Below are positions 54,398-64,000 of a stretch of 64,000 nt of DNA, in pieces. Within the stretch, counting starts at the first letter, position 1; every line of letters starts with the position of its first letter. The position numbers were made by a program, and so were the translations under genes. The stretch covers positions 1 to 64,000 of IMG/VR virus record IMGVR_UViG_3300020183_000041. One strand, given 5' to 3'. A model generated the notes under the pieces. The model did no database searches, had not been told where the DNA came from, and saw only the letters and a program-made list of their open reading frames with translations. Origin of the DNA: a virus.

Positions 54398-54706
54398 CTA
54401 TACTTCGCCTCTAAGTTTTTTTTCATCCCAACCCCAAGAAACAAGTCTTTTTATATATCTCTCTTGCTTACAGGATTCACAAACATCTTCTTTATTATAT
54501 GAAGACAATATAGTTGTGCAATTTTTTGTCTTGCATATTCTTTTTTTATTTTTATTATTTTTTTTTGCGTGATAGGCTTCAAGTAATTTTTTGTTAGTTA
54601 CAATTTTCCTACATTCTGCGCTACAGTAGATCGAGTTATATACTTTTGCTATAAAAACTTTACCGCAATCTTCGTTTTTACAGAATCTTTTCTCTTCATT
54701 GAACAT
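54398..54706 (-). CDS. Cys-rich hypothetical protein
   Basis: Several Cys pairs. Confidence 0.6.
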   Translation of the reverse strand: MFNEEKRFCKNEDCGKVFIAKVYNSIYCSAECRKIVTNKKLLEAYHAKKNNKNKKRICKTKNCTTILSSYNKEDVCESCKQERYIKRLVSWGWDEKKLRGEV

Positions 54707-54724
54707 TTAAATATTTTTAGCATC

Positions 54725-55474
54725 CTAGAAAGACTCTTCATCCGATACTGAATTAACTCCATCTTCACCCCAACACATATTTGCAAGATCGCAAGCAACA
54801 CAGTTAGCAGACGATCTCTTATATGGTTGTTTAGGTATTTTCTTATCCAAGAAGTTAGTATAGATTTTACTATACTTAATAAATAGTTTACCAATAAATT
54901 CGTTGTCGCGTTCTATATAAATGGGTAAAATTTCTTGATTATTCTTATTCTCATAAATAACATAACCACTTGGTAAGTCCAAGCATTTCATATATATTTG
55001 AGCCTGTCTATAATGCTCATCTTTAGGCTTATTATACAATTGCCGATAATGGAAGCCTTCTGAAGAAATTGACTTAAGCTCAATTAATTTATGCCCATAC
55101 CAGTCAATTATTCCGTCAGCAGTCCCCTCAATCGGAGGATTCTTATAAGTAATGGGAATTTCTTCATCAACAAGAATACCCATTTCTCTAAAATAACCAT
55201 AAAGCCTTTCATGGACAGCGTGACCATTGTCAAAAATACGGTATGTCTGGGGCTTAAAAGAGGCCTGAACATCTGCGCCTTCAAAAAGATAATACCAGTA
55301 TCTCGCACATTGGTTTGTATAACTTGGATGAAACCCATTTACTTTTTTATGAGTTACGATATTCCTTTTAATCAAATGGTCATCAATAGCGTCCTGGAGT
55401 GATACTTCTATTTTTTGTTCTGATATTTCGTCTTTAATTGGATTTTTTAATTGTTTAAGAGATTTTAACATCAT
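54725..55474 (-). CDS. Cas4-like PD-(D/E)XK exonuclease
   Basis: HPS..CAR, GHAVHE, GTADG, ELKS, QAQIYM, CVAC..C. Confidence 0.8.
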   Translation of the reverse strand: MMLKSLKQLKNPIKDEISEQKIEVSLQDAIDDHLIKRNIVTHKKVNGFHPSYTNQCARYWYYLFEGADVQASFKPQTYRIFDNGHAVHERLYGYFREMGILVDEEIPITYKNPPIEGTADGIIDWYGHKLIELKSISSEGFHYRQLYNKPKDEHYRQAQIYMKCLDLPSGYVIYENKNNQEILPIYIERDNEFIGKLFIKYSKIYTNFLDKKIPKQPYKRSSANCVACDLANMCWGEDGVNSVSDEESF

Positions 55475-55785
55475 ATAACCTTTGCTGCTATTTTAAGTGC
55501 GTTAATATTCTCCAATAGGGCTTCATACATTGTTTTCCATACGTCATTTACAAACTTATCTTGTTCTGACATAGAACTAGATTTACGTTTAAAAGCCTGA
55601 GATTTAATAATCATCATAGTTCTGTAACCAGAAAGTTTATTAAGATATTTAATTGCTTGCATTCCTACATAATGCTCTGGATGGTCAATAATATCTTCAA
55701 TTATTTTTATGCATTCAATAAATTCTTCTGCTCTGTCTCCCATTTGTTTAGAGAGCCATTCTGTATCTACAAGAATATCTGGCAT
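55471..55785 (-). CDS. Hypothetical protein
   Basis: Tiling. Confidence 0.6.
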   Translation of the reverse strand: MPDILVDTEWLSKQMGDRAEEFIECIKIIEDIIDHPEHYVGMQAIKYLNKLSGYRTMMIIKSQAFKRKSSSMSEQDKFVNDVWKTMYEALLENINALKIAAKVI

Positions 55786-55800
55786 CTATGTCTCCATTTT

Positions 55801-56100
55801 TTATTCATATTCTGATCCTTCAATAAGTTCTTTTAAAACATTCCAATCAATAATTCCAACCTTTATATCGGAATCTTCGCCTAGAACAACGGAAATAAGG
55901 GGATGTTTATAATTAGATTTCCAGGCATCTTTGCGAAGTTTAATCCATGCATCCCTGGTAAGAGTAAATGTCTTGCCATTATGTTTATAATCAATAACAA
56001 ACTGATTCATTGTTGCATCCCCTTTTTTAAGACCCCTGCCTGAATTTTTTACAGGTTTAGCACGATCACGTTTGGCTTCTTCTTTTTCGGTTCTTTTCAT
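55801..56100 (-). CDS. Small PD-(D/E)XK nuclease (Hjc-like)
   Basis: E..NSGRG..KGD..IDYK. Confidence 0.6.
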   Translation of the reverse strand: MKRTEKEEAKRDRAKPVKNSGRGLKKGDATMNQFVIDYKHNGKTFTLTRDAWIKLRKDAWKSNYKHPLISVVLGEDSDIKVGIIDWNVLKELIEGSEYE

Positions 56101-56222
56101 TTTAATTAATTTCTGTATCTGAAGATTTAGATATTTCTTTATGAAGTTGATAAATATTATATGTGACCATTACAACAATAGATATTATTAGTATCAATAG
56201 AATTAGCATATATTTAACCTTT

Positions 56223-56504
56223 TTACACTGTAGAGGCGTACTTGTACACCGCTTCCTTTGCCCAAAGATAAGCATCTCCATTTTTTTTAATTTCAATATT
56301 TTCATATGGAACAGCTATTCTTCGGTATAATTCCATTTTAGCGCATTCAATAGCGCCAATAATTGAATTGATTGTACTATATGACAATCCTTTTTTTTCA
56401 AGGTAATCATCACATAATGCAGTAATTATAAAATTCAATTCTCCTTCATTTTCAACACCTCTTTCTGGGATTTGGTGTCTAATTTCTTCTTTTATATAAG
56501 GCAT
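56223..56504 (-). CDS. Conserved phage protein (MPYIK..GELNF..YE..K..NGD family)
   Basis: Recognisable motif set. Confidence 0.65.
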   Translation of the reverse strand: MPYIKEEIRHQIPERGVENEGELNFIITALCDDYLEKKGLSYSTINSIIGAIECAKMELYRRIAVPYENIEIKKNGDAYLWAKEAVYKYASTV

Positions 56505-56511
56505 AAAACTC

Positions 56512-56922
56512 CTATGCTGGGTAGTGCGTAATTATATAATCAACAGCCTCATCTAATGTTGGAACAATTTTTGTAGCCATGTATTTCATATATATACGAT
56601 TTTTATTATCATTTGGACAAATTACAATGATTGGCTGATTATGCATCTTGGCCCAAGCCATTTCAAAATCTGTACCAATATAAGGTCTATTTTCTAGAAT
56701 ATATTCCACTAATAATAAATCTGAGCGTTCTTGCATAAAAATATTTTTTTGTGCAATCTCTTCTGGAGACATATATTCATGCTCTGGTATTGCTGTTGGG
56801 TCGTAGACGTTATATTCAAATTGTTGCAATTTAAAGCCAGCGTCTTTGCGCCATACTGTTGCAAAACTCCCTACGTGGTCAATAGCCCCAGCAAGATATA
56901 CAGTAGTTTTTAAACGAACCAT
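56512..56922 (-). CDS. Nucleoside 2-deoxyribosyltransferase-like protein
   Basis: VYLAGAI, WR, DP, GTDFEMAWA. Confidence 0.75.
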   Translation of the reverse strand: MVRLKTTVYLAGAIDHVGSFATVWRKDAGFKLQQFEYNVYDPTAIPEHEYMSPEEIAQKNIFMQERSDLLLVEYILENRPYIGTDFEMAWAKMHNQPIIVICPNDNKNRIYMKYMATKIVPTLDEAVDYIITHYPA

Positions 56923-56941
56923 TTATATTCCAGACACCTTT

Positions 56942-57856
56942 CTATGTAAGTATGCTTTTTGAGATCTGAAGTCTATCATGGTCGCTCAGGTCAATTGAAG
57001 AGAGACCGTTCCATTTTTTATCACCATAGTTGTACCAAGCACCACGACGTTGAATAATATCCATTTCAATAGCAATATCTATTAACTCACGAACTATATC
57101 TATTTTCCCTTCTTGTGGAAGAACATAGTAATAACCGCTCGCTCCAATAGTAGGAATTTGTTTTGTCTTTTCAATTGTCCACACCGCTCTCTGAGAGGTG
57201 ATAGTGTTGGTGTCATCTCTTTCCATTTCTTTCTGCGACATAGAAAGAAATAGTTTAATAATATTATGCATATTGTGATGGACAGTATTGCCCATCTTTG
57301 CTTTTGTTACCGCATACATACCGCTAAGATCGACGGTTTGATGGGCAATAAAAAGCATCAAATTACGTTCTTTATGCAGATAGTTAACAAGTTTTTGCAA
57401 TAAGAAACCTTGAGATCTTGACTGTAGACCCATCGCCTTGCCGCCTTCGGGCTTGTCATAAAACTCTTCTTTGATGATGTTCGAAAGTGAATCAAACAAG
57501 AAAATATGTTTTTCAACATCATTATTTAAATACTGGTGAATGGACTTCATAATCTCTTCAACAATTGTTGATTGAACAACAACAATATCACTTACATCAA
57601 TACCGCATTTTTGTGCATATTCATCATTATATGAATATTCAGAATCCACAATGACTGGACGGTAGCCCCTTGTTTGAGCCTCTGCCAGAATCCTAAATGA
57701 CATTGTAGTTTTACCTACAGATGGGGTCCCCCAGAATAAATGAGTTGCACCAGTATTTAATCCACCACCTAAAGCTCTATTTAAACCAATGCTTGGTGTT
57801 GGGATTACCTCATGCACAGGCATGAGATCGCCTTTGCGTTTATCTACTAATAGCAT
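56942..57856 (-). CDS. recA: RecA-like recombinase
   Basis: LNRALGGG, GTPSVGKTT, VDSE, FDSL. Confidence 0.85.
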   Translation of the reverse strand: MLLVDKRKGDLMPVHEVIPTPSIGLNRALGGGLNTGATHLFWGTPSVGKTTMSFRILAEAQTRGYRPVIVDSEYSYNDEYAQKCGIDVSDIVVVQSTIVEEIMKSIHQYLNNDVEKHIFLFDSLSNIIKEEFYDKPEGGKAMGLQSRSQGFLLQKLVNYLHKERNLMLFIAHQTVDLSGMYAVTKAKMGNTVHHNMHNIIKLFLSMSQKEMERDDTNTITSQRAVWTIEKTKQIPTIGASGYYYVLPQEGKIDIVRELIDIAIEMDIIQRRGAWYNYGDKKWNGLSSIDLSDHDRLQISKSILT

Positions 57857-57888
57857 TTCTCTCCTTTTTTGATGTTTTAATTATATCT

Positions 57889-60800
57889 TTATACATTTTT
57901 TAATCCTTTTCTTTCAATATAGTCATCAATAGAAATAATTCCGCTGTCGCTTTCAATCTTGTATGAATCAAGTCGAGTAAGTGCATTCTGATCCTCAATC
58001 TTTTCAAGCCGTGCTGCAAACCATGTATTTGTATTTAACAGGTGCCTAACCTTTTTAAGTGTATTGGGGAATACGACAACCTTGAAAATTCGTTTTCCGT
58101 CCCAGCAATAAAGGTTTGCCATTTCTTTCTTGGTGGATGTGATGAATTTTCTCATATTAAAGACATACATTAGTGTTTTTTCATCTTCAACATAGCCTAA
58201 TCCTGTGTTGTGTAACCAGCCATATTCATGGTCATCATGCTTTTTCCAGAGCATTGCTAAATCATAAAGAGTCGTACCGTAATATTCATAGGCATCACAG
58301 AAATCATGCAATGTGCGATCACCAATCAATGCATAAACATAATCCCTTGTGGCAAGCTCTGTATTTCTATCCGCAAATACGGTTGATGATCCGGAATTAT
58401 CCTCAAACTCAATGCGAAGATATTGGGGGGTCTTTTTGGTGGAGCGCACAACGGCTTTTACCAACGTCAATGGCGAAGCCGTTTCATGAAAGTCTACAAG
58501 TTTGCCAACGAATTCGTCCATCTCATTCGGTTCAGCGTTGCTATTCAATGAGAACCCCAAAACGGGCAGATAGTACTTCTCATGGTCATATGACGATATA
58601 TGGCCCAATGAGCAGAACGCTCCGACTTTTTCTAAGTTTTCTCGCACGTTTGCACGCACCGAAGTCTTTTTACATCTATTGACAAATTCTTCATAAGAAT
58701 TAAAAGGACGCTTTGCAAATATTTCTTGAATTGCCGATTCACCACAAAGGGCAACGTTAGACAATCCAAACTGGATGTATTCTTCATCACCATTCATTCC
58801 AACAGAAAAGTATTCATTTGATGTATTTATATCAGGGGGAACAATCTTAACCCCAATACGCTGGGCTTCCATAAGATAAGCAGTAATCTTATCACCTGCT
58901 GTTTCATTGTAAAGCATCGACCAAACGAATTCAAGAGGGTAGTTTATTTTCAGCCACATAGTCTGGTAAGACAACATAGAATAAGCGACCGCATGGGACT
59001 TGTTAAACATATAGAGGGCTGCAAGCTCAAACTCAGACCAGATTTTTTTTGCCTCTGATTTAGAGATATATTGATTATTTACAAACTTCTCTTTGAATTC
59101 ATCAAAGCCAGCAGCATCACGCTTCTTACCAATTATCTTTCTAAGCCTATCTGCTTCTGACCACGAAAACCCCGCCATAACGACAGCCATTTGCATTAAC
59201 TGTTCTTGAAAAATGACTGTGCCGTATGTTTCTCTAAGGATATCTTGAACAATCGGATGAGGATACCTTGGCTTCTCAATACCTTTCTTGCAATCAATAT
59301 ATCTTTGACCCTGTGACAATAAAGCACCTGGTCTAACAAGAGCGTTAGAAACAACTAAGTCATTAAAATTATCAATACCCATCCGCTCAATTAGATTGCG
59401 GTAGGCGGCAGCATCTGCTTGGAAAATGCCAACAGTATTGCCTTCATTAAAGTTTAAATAAACATTTGAGTCATCTAAAGAAAGAGATTGCTGTGTAACA
59501 TCTATACCACGAAGTTCTTTGATCTTGGCAATGCAGTCTTTTATAACAGAAACCGTTTTAAGACCCAAAATATCAATCTTGATTAACCCGACAGACTCTG
59601 CGTCTTCCATATCGAACGCTGTAACAATAGACCTGCCCTCTCCGTTAGTATCCTTTTTTGTTTCTACGGGGCAGACACTACTAAGAGGTATCGATGAGAC
59701 AACCATTCCAGCAGCATGGACACCTGCATTTCTAATCCGACCCTCAAGTTTCTTTGCAATTTTTGGAATATCAGGATACTTGGAACAAAAGACCTTGCCT
59801 TTTGGTGAACTCTCTAGTTCTTCAAGTGTTTCAAAGTAAGGAGTGATGTTATTAATTTCCTCAAATGGAACCTGATAAACGCGAGATATGTCTTTAATTA
59901 CAGACTTTGGTTTAAATGTTCCATATGTCGAAATTGCAGCAACGTTATCATGACCCCATTTATCTCTTAGATAGTTCCTTACCTCTGTTCTACGCTTATC
60001 CTCAAAGTCTAAGTCAATGTCTGGATAGTCATTTCTTTCTGGATTAATAAATCTTGAGAACAGTAGGCCATACTTAATAGGATCTACTTTTGTTATGTCC
60101 AACAGGTAGGCAAGGACAGAACCACCAACAGAGCCTCGACCCGTCCCTCTGCCAATGTGATTATTATCAGCCCACTTAACAAGATCCCAAACAATCAAGA
60201 AATAGTCAGAAAAACCAAGCTGTTCAATTATTTCCAATTCTTCATTAAGACGAGTTTTGTATTCATCTCCAAGCTTTTGGGTCTGAATTGTAAATTCCGC
60301 AACCTCACGAAGATAGTGATTAGAATCAAGAACTTTAGAATACTTAGGCAATAAATTTCTTTTTGTTATGATCTTTGCTGTGCACTTGTCAGCAACTTCC
60401 ATTGTATTTTCTAAATACTCCTGATCATCAAATCCAGATTCTGTAAACCATGAGTAAACAGTTTCTGCATCTGCAACATATGGATTGATCTTGTCAAACC
60501 GCAAAAACCGTTCTGGGTACATAGCATTGATTTTGTCAATAATGTCTGCATTTTTATCATGGATAATACTCAAATTATTCCGAGCAACACGCACATCACC
60601 AGCATTAAGACTGGGGTACTGAGAAACCATCAATAGAACCTCTTCTGTTCCCCGATCTTCATGGGATGGGAAATGGCAATCAGCAGTTGCTACAACCTTT
60701 TTGTTATAAGCATCAGCAAGAGATATTAATGACTCATTTAGAGACTTGGGATTCCATGCTTGGATTTCATAGTAAAAATCATCACCGAATATTTTAATGA

Positions 60801-61278
60801 ATTTTTCTGATAGAGCCTGGGCTTTAGCAAAGTCATTTGCTTCTATTGCTTTAGATATTGCTCCACCCATGCAACCAGAAAGAGCAATAATGTCATTATC
60901 CACCACCTCTGACAGCAGATCGAAATCAACTCTTGGCCTATAATAAAAGTTCTTTGTCCAGCCAATCTGTGATATTTTAAATAACTTCTCAAGACCGGCA
61001 TTGTTCTTAGCCAATAGAATTAAATGAAACCGTTCGTATTTTGTTTGAGAATCTGAATTAACAGATGGAACAAAATAAGCCTCAACACCAAATAATGGTT
61101 TTACCCCGTGTTTTTCACAGGCACTTTGGAACTTTAATACACCACCCATTGTGCCGTGGTCTGTTATTGCTGCTGCATACTGACCGTTGGTACTTGTAAT
61201 TTTTGCTATTTCAGTTGGTGTTGACATTCCATCAAGCAAGGAATATTCGCTATGGCAATGAAGATGGACAAAATCCAT
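57889..61278 (-). CDS. dnaE: DNA polymerase III alpha subunit
   Basis: HLHCHSEYSLLDG, TDHG, GRGSVGGS, PDIDLDF, HAAG, FNKSHAVAY. Confidence 0.95.
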   Translation of the reverse strand: MDFVHLHCHSEYSLLDGMSTPTEIAKITSTNGQYAAAITDHGTMGGVLKFQSACEKHGVKPLFGVEAYFVPSVNSDSQTKYERFHLILLAKNNAGLEKLFKISQIGWTKNFYYRPRVDFDLLSEVVDNDIIALSGCMGGAISKAIEANDFAKAQALSEKFIKIFGDDFYYEIQAWNPKSLNESLISLADAYNKKVVATADCHFPSHEDRGTEEVLLMVSQYPSLNAGDVRVARNNLSIIHDKNADIIDKINAMYPERFLRFDKINPYVADAETVYSWFTESGFDDQEYLENTMEVADKCTAKIITKRNLLPKYSKVLDSNHYLREVAEFTIQTQKLGDEYKTRLNEELEIIEQLGFSDYFLIVWDLVKWADNNHIGRGTGRGSVGGSVLAYLLDITKVDPIKYGLLFSRFINPERNDYPDIDLDFEDKRRTEVRNYLRDKWGHDNVAAISTYGTFKPKSVIKDISRVYQVPFEEINNITPYFETLEELESSPKGKVFCSKYPDIPKIAKKLEGRIRNAGVHAAGMVVSSIPLSSVCPVETKKDTNGEGRSIVTAFDMEDAESVGLIKIDILGLKTVSVIKDCIAKIKELRGIDVTQQSLSLDDSNVYLNFNEGNTVGIFQADAAAYRNLIERMGIDNFNDLVVSNALVRPGALLSQGQRYIDCKKGIEKPRYPHPIVQDILRETYGTVIFQEQLMQMAVVMAGFSWSEADRLRKIIGKKRDAAGFDEFKEKFVNNQYISKSEAKKIWSEFELAALYMFNKSHAVAYSMLSYQTMWLKINYPLEFVWSMLYNETAGDKITAYLMEAQRIGVKIVPPDINTSNEYFSVGMNGDEEYIQFGLSNVALCGESAIQEIFAKRPFNSYEEFVNRCKKTSVRANVRENLEKVGAFCSLGHISSYDHEKYYLPVLGFSLNSNAEPNEMDEFVGKLVDFHETASPLTLVKAVVRSTKKTPQYLRIEFEDNSGSSTVFADRNTELATRDYVYALIGDRTLHDFCDAYEYYGTTLYDLAMLWKKHDDHEYGWLHNTGLGYVEDEKTLMYVFNMRKFITSTKKEMANLYCWDGKRIFKVVVFPNTLKKVRHLLNTNTWFAARLEKIEDQNALTRLDSYKIESDSGIISIDDYIERKGLKNV

Positions 61279-61808
61279 TACGACCTTTCAAGGTTTAATT
61301 CATAAAGACTGCCCACACTCGGCAAGTCATCCCAATATTCGCTATTGTACCATGCCCGTCTCAAGACTGCGTTCATATTGTTTTCTTTTAAAAACTCAAC
61401 AAAGAAAGGACTATCTTCTATAAAAATAGAATTTTCATTATCGACATTTGATATAAAAGAATATTTGTTTTCAAAATTAGAATAAATTGGCAATGAACAC
61501 GGTATACGCCAGTCATCAATGTTTTTATTTAAAATACTTTGATGGTCAGGAACATCTCGCTCGCTAACAGCGCATATGTTATGGCCATACAAAAACCAAG
61601 AATTTAATTGATGATAAGCATCTTCAAAACATTTAATATTTTTCCAAAAAATATTTTTTTTTATTATTTTTGAAATAATATCGTCATGCTCATTATTCAA
61701 TATCCAATTTGAATAATCATATTTATCATGACCTTCTTTTTCACAAGCCCTGTCTAAGGTTGCTACTATATCAAAAATAACGCCATCCGCATCAACATAA
61801 ATTTTCAT
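61278..61808 (-). CDS. HAD-family 5'(3')-deoxyribonucleotidase-like protein
   Basis: YVDADGVI, FIEDSP, WYN. Confidence 0.7.
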   Translation of the reverse strand: MKIYVDADGVIFDIVATLDRACEKEGHDKYDYSNWILNNEHDDIISKIIKKNIFWKNIKCFEDAYHQLNSWFLYGHNICAVSERDVPDHQSILNKNIDDWRIPCSLPIYSNFENKYSFISNVDNENSIFIEDSPFFVEFLKENNMNAVLRRAWYNSEYWDDLPSVGSLYELNLERS

Positions 61809-61823
61809 TAAGACCTCTCAATC

Positions 61824-61853
61824 TGAATGGGGGGGGGTACCCCCCCCCATTCA
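61824..61853. terminator. Perfect 30-bp palindrome downstream of the SSB gene
   Basis: TGAAT-G9-TA-C9-ATTCA. Confidence 0.6.
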
Positions 61854-61859
61854 ACAACA

Positions 61860-62510
61860 TCACCAAGTGTCTTTTGTAATTTCACCAGTTGTAAAATATG
61901 CCTGCTGCTTTTCATACGGAAGAGTTAAATACATATTTTCCAAATCGTGCATTGGCAACTTCTTAATATCTTCTGGGGCATCTGCCACAGACAGAGGGAT
62001 TAAACTATAACTGGTGTCTGAAGCAGATGAGCCAGTTCTGGAATACTTATAATACTTATCAGTAATTGTTCCAAATTCCTTAGCATACTCAATGAGTACA
62101 AGCCCAATATGATTTTTGCTAAATGTAGTGTCAAGAACACGCGGTTCCCAAACACCAGGCTCTATCTCAACAGCAATATTAATAAGAAGATGCGGTTTTG
62201 GCTTCCAAGCCTTGTCGTGGACTGACTGTTCCGTTGCCCAGCAACGGTAGTTAAATTTTTCAAGGGAAGAAGTCGATGCCGCTCGCCACTTCCAATTAAT
62301 TGGAGAAGTAACGACTGGAATAGTAATCCCAGTCCCTAACTCTTCATTAAAATTAGTGGAGTCTTCGGTAAGTTCTTGGCGGAAACGAATCTTAAAAGAG
62401 TCGCCAGCGGACAGGGTTAAGTATTTCTTAAACCCAGAACCTTGTTTTGATTGTGATGGTACTGCTGTTTTTTCTAATTCTTTAAGTGTTTTAATGCTTG
62501 AAAATGTCAT
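61860..62510 (-). CDS. Putative single-stranded DNA-binding protein
   Basis: Between primase and polymerase; LSAGDSFKIRF, YSRTGSSASDTSY, C-terminal DTW. Confidence 0.6.
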   Translation of the reverse strand: MTFSSIKTLKELEKTAVPSQSKQGSGFKKYLTLSAGDSFKIRFRQELTEDSTNFNEELGTGITIPVVTSPINWKWRAASTSSLEKFNYRCWATEQSVHDKAWKPKPHLLINIAVEIEPGVWEPRVLDTTFSKNHIGLVLIEYAKEFGTITDKYYKYSRTGSSASDTSYSLIPLSVADAPEDIKKLPMHDLENMYLTLPYEKQQAYFTTGEITKDTW

Positions 62511-62520
62511 GTTGTTTCCT

Positions 62521-63414
62521 TTATATGATTTGAATTGTATTCTCAATTGAGAATTGTATTTGTTGTTTTGTCATTTCGCCTGGGTCTTTGCAGCCTTCGG
62601 CTATCTTTGCTTCAGTAATTTTTTTACCTCGACAGAGATCTATTATATCAGAGCGCATGGCAAAACCTGCTTCATCATTGTCTGAAAAAATAATGATGTG
62701 ATCAAAATATCTTTTCAACATTTTTATTTGATTTGAAGACACTTGAGCGCCCAGAGTTGCGACCACGTTGTAATATCCAGCTTGATAAACCATCATTGCA
62801 TCAACAGAGCCCTCAGTAATTATACAAGAAGGGTAATACTTTGCATTTTGTATATTAAACAAAACATCTGCTCTTTTAAATCCCTTATTGTAAAGGTATC
62901 TTGGCTGCTGGTGGTCCATCGTTGCTCTACCAATAAAACCAACTAATTTATAATTAGCATCACGAACTGGAATGACTATTCTTTTTTTAACATCAGAATA
63001 CCCGACTTCAAAATATTCCAATGTTTCTAAGTCTATGCCTCTTTCTACAAACTGGTCGAGAACTTCTATTTCTTCCTTGTTTGAATAGTTAATTAATATA
63101 TTATCTATATCAAGTTCGTTTGAATTTTGTTCTGATTTAAAGCCACGTTCTATTTCTTTTGCAAGAGCAACTGGGTCGATAGCAATATTTTTAGAATAAG
63201 ATTTACCAGTAATTTGACGATAAAGCTGTCTAAAATTACCACGCTTGGCGCAAGATGGATTAAAACACTGCCACAGTCCCGTTTTTTTATTTATATAAAA
63301 AGCAGCACTATTTAAATTCTTATGGAATGGGCAAAAAATATTGAGTTCACTACCACTATCAGTAATAACGTCAATATTATAATTCTTGAATAGTTCAAGA
63401 ATTTGGTTCTCCAT
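62521..63414 (-). CDS. dnaG: DNA primase (Zn finger + TOPRIM)
   Basis: CPFH..WQCFNPSC, TEGSVD, ATLG, DNDEAG, KDPGE. Confidence 0.88.
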   Translation of the reverse strand: MENQILELFKNYNIDVITDSGSELNIFCPFHKNLNSAAFYINKKTGLWQCFNPSCAKRGNFRQLYRQITGKSYSKNIAIDPVALAKEIERGFKSEQNSNELDIDNILINYSNKEEIEVLDQFVERGIDLETLEYFEVGYSDVKKRIVIPVRDANYKLVGFIGRATMDHQQPRYLYNKGFKRADVLFNIQNAKYYPSCIITEGSVDAMMVYQAGYYNVVATLGAQVSSNQIKMLKRYFDHIIIFSDNDEAGFAMRSDIIDLCRGKKITEAKIAEGCKDPGEMTKQQIQFSIENTIQII

Positions 63415-63415
63415 A

Positions 63416-63640
63416 TTACTTATAAAAAACGATTTTGAATTTGAAGATGTTTGCATTTGCATCATAATCAGTAAAAAGCTCACTTTTTTTAAAAGCACCG
63501 TGCATTATTCTATATTCGTCTTCTATCCAAGGCCTCAACCTTACAACAGTTTCAATGTCACGGGCTTCGCCATTAATGAACTTTTTAGTTTGATTTAAAT
63601 ATCCCACTCTTCTGACCACTTTCCTGTTTCGAGGTTCCAT
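63416..63640 (-). CDS. Small hypothetical protein between helicase and primase
   Basis: Tiling; start uncertain. Confidence 0.5.
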   Translation of the reverse strand: MEPRNRKVVRRVGYLNQTKKFINGEARDIETVVRLRPWIEDEYRIMHGAFKKSELFTDYDANANIFKFKIVFYK

Positions 63641-64000
63641 CTAAGATAGAAACCAAAATGAGTAGAACGTCTTACTTTTCTGGATACAACTTGAAATAGA
63701 TCCGAATTGTATTCTCTGTGTATAGCAAGAACAAGGTCTGCGTCATAGGCAAGTTGTTTACTCCATGCGACCTCTTCTAATTCTGGTGGTCGTTCAGAAT
63801 GACCATCACTCATCGTTACAGCAGCAACATCGATGATAGGAATACCATTTTTAACTGCCATTCTCTTGAAAGCCTTAGACAAGTTTTTGGCTTTTTCGGT
63901 TTCATTTCTAGCACCACTAGCATCATCAAAAAGACTATGATAATCAAGAATGACAACATCTGGCTGATACTGATCGATCTTTGCCTGAACCATATTTTGA
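63595..64000 (-). CDS. dnaB: DnaB-like replicative helicase (C-terminal part; truncated by window)
   Basis: VVILDY, LSKAFKRMA, YDADLVLAIHR, KVR. Confidence 0.85.
   Translation of the reverse strand, partial: QNMVQAKIDQYQPDVVILDYHSLFDDASGARNETEKAKNLSKAFKRMAVKNGIPIIDVAAVTMSDGHSERPPELEEVAWSKQLAYDADLVLAIHREYNSDLFQVVSRKVRRSTHFGFYLRWNLETGKWSEEWDI

Noticed and set aside
57889-61278. Inteins or introns in dnaE (also nrdJ, terL, recA)
   Set aside because: Lengths are ordinary, motifs are contiguous, and no splice-junction signature was seen.

Overview
A 64-kb segment of a large, AT-rich tailed dsDNA phage. A WhiB gene, leaderless genes and a short-arm tRNA-Leu point to an actinobacterial host. 1-11 kb (minus strand): tail-fibre-like and virion genes, major capsid, prohead protease/scaffold, portal, class II RNR and a glycosyltransferase. 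11-19 kb (plus): ThyX, a Thr-protease, a DUF1599-like protein, thermonuclease, SAM decarboxylase, a 2OG-Fe(II) oxygenase and 4 tRNAs. 19.3-24.6 kb is the stand-out region: an abruptly GC-rich array of TEN self-contained expression cassettes. Each has a covarying TTCA-loop hairpin, a fixed 52-nt gap to a GTGCAT-N16-TAnnnT promoter, one cargo (9 small ORFs, 1 apparent structured ncRNA) and a terminator. Five cargos are leaderless and carry a covarying RNA stem-loop inside their first codons. 24.6-25.6 kb: non-coding convergence zone with inverted repeats and DnaA-box-like sites. 25.6-47.3 kb (minus): about 50 small mostly hypothetical genes and 3 more tRNAs. 47.7-64 kb (minus): terminase, glycosyltransferases, RuvC-like and Cas4-like nucleases, RecA, DnaE, SSB, primase and a partial DnaB. 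All calls were read by eye; no database searches were run.
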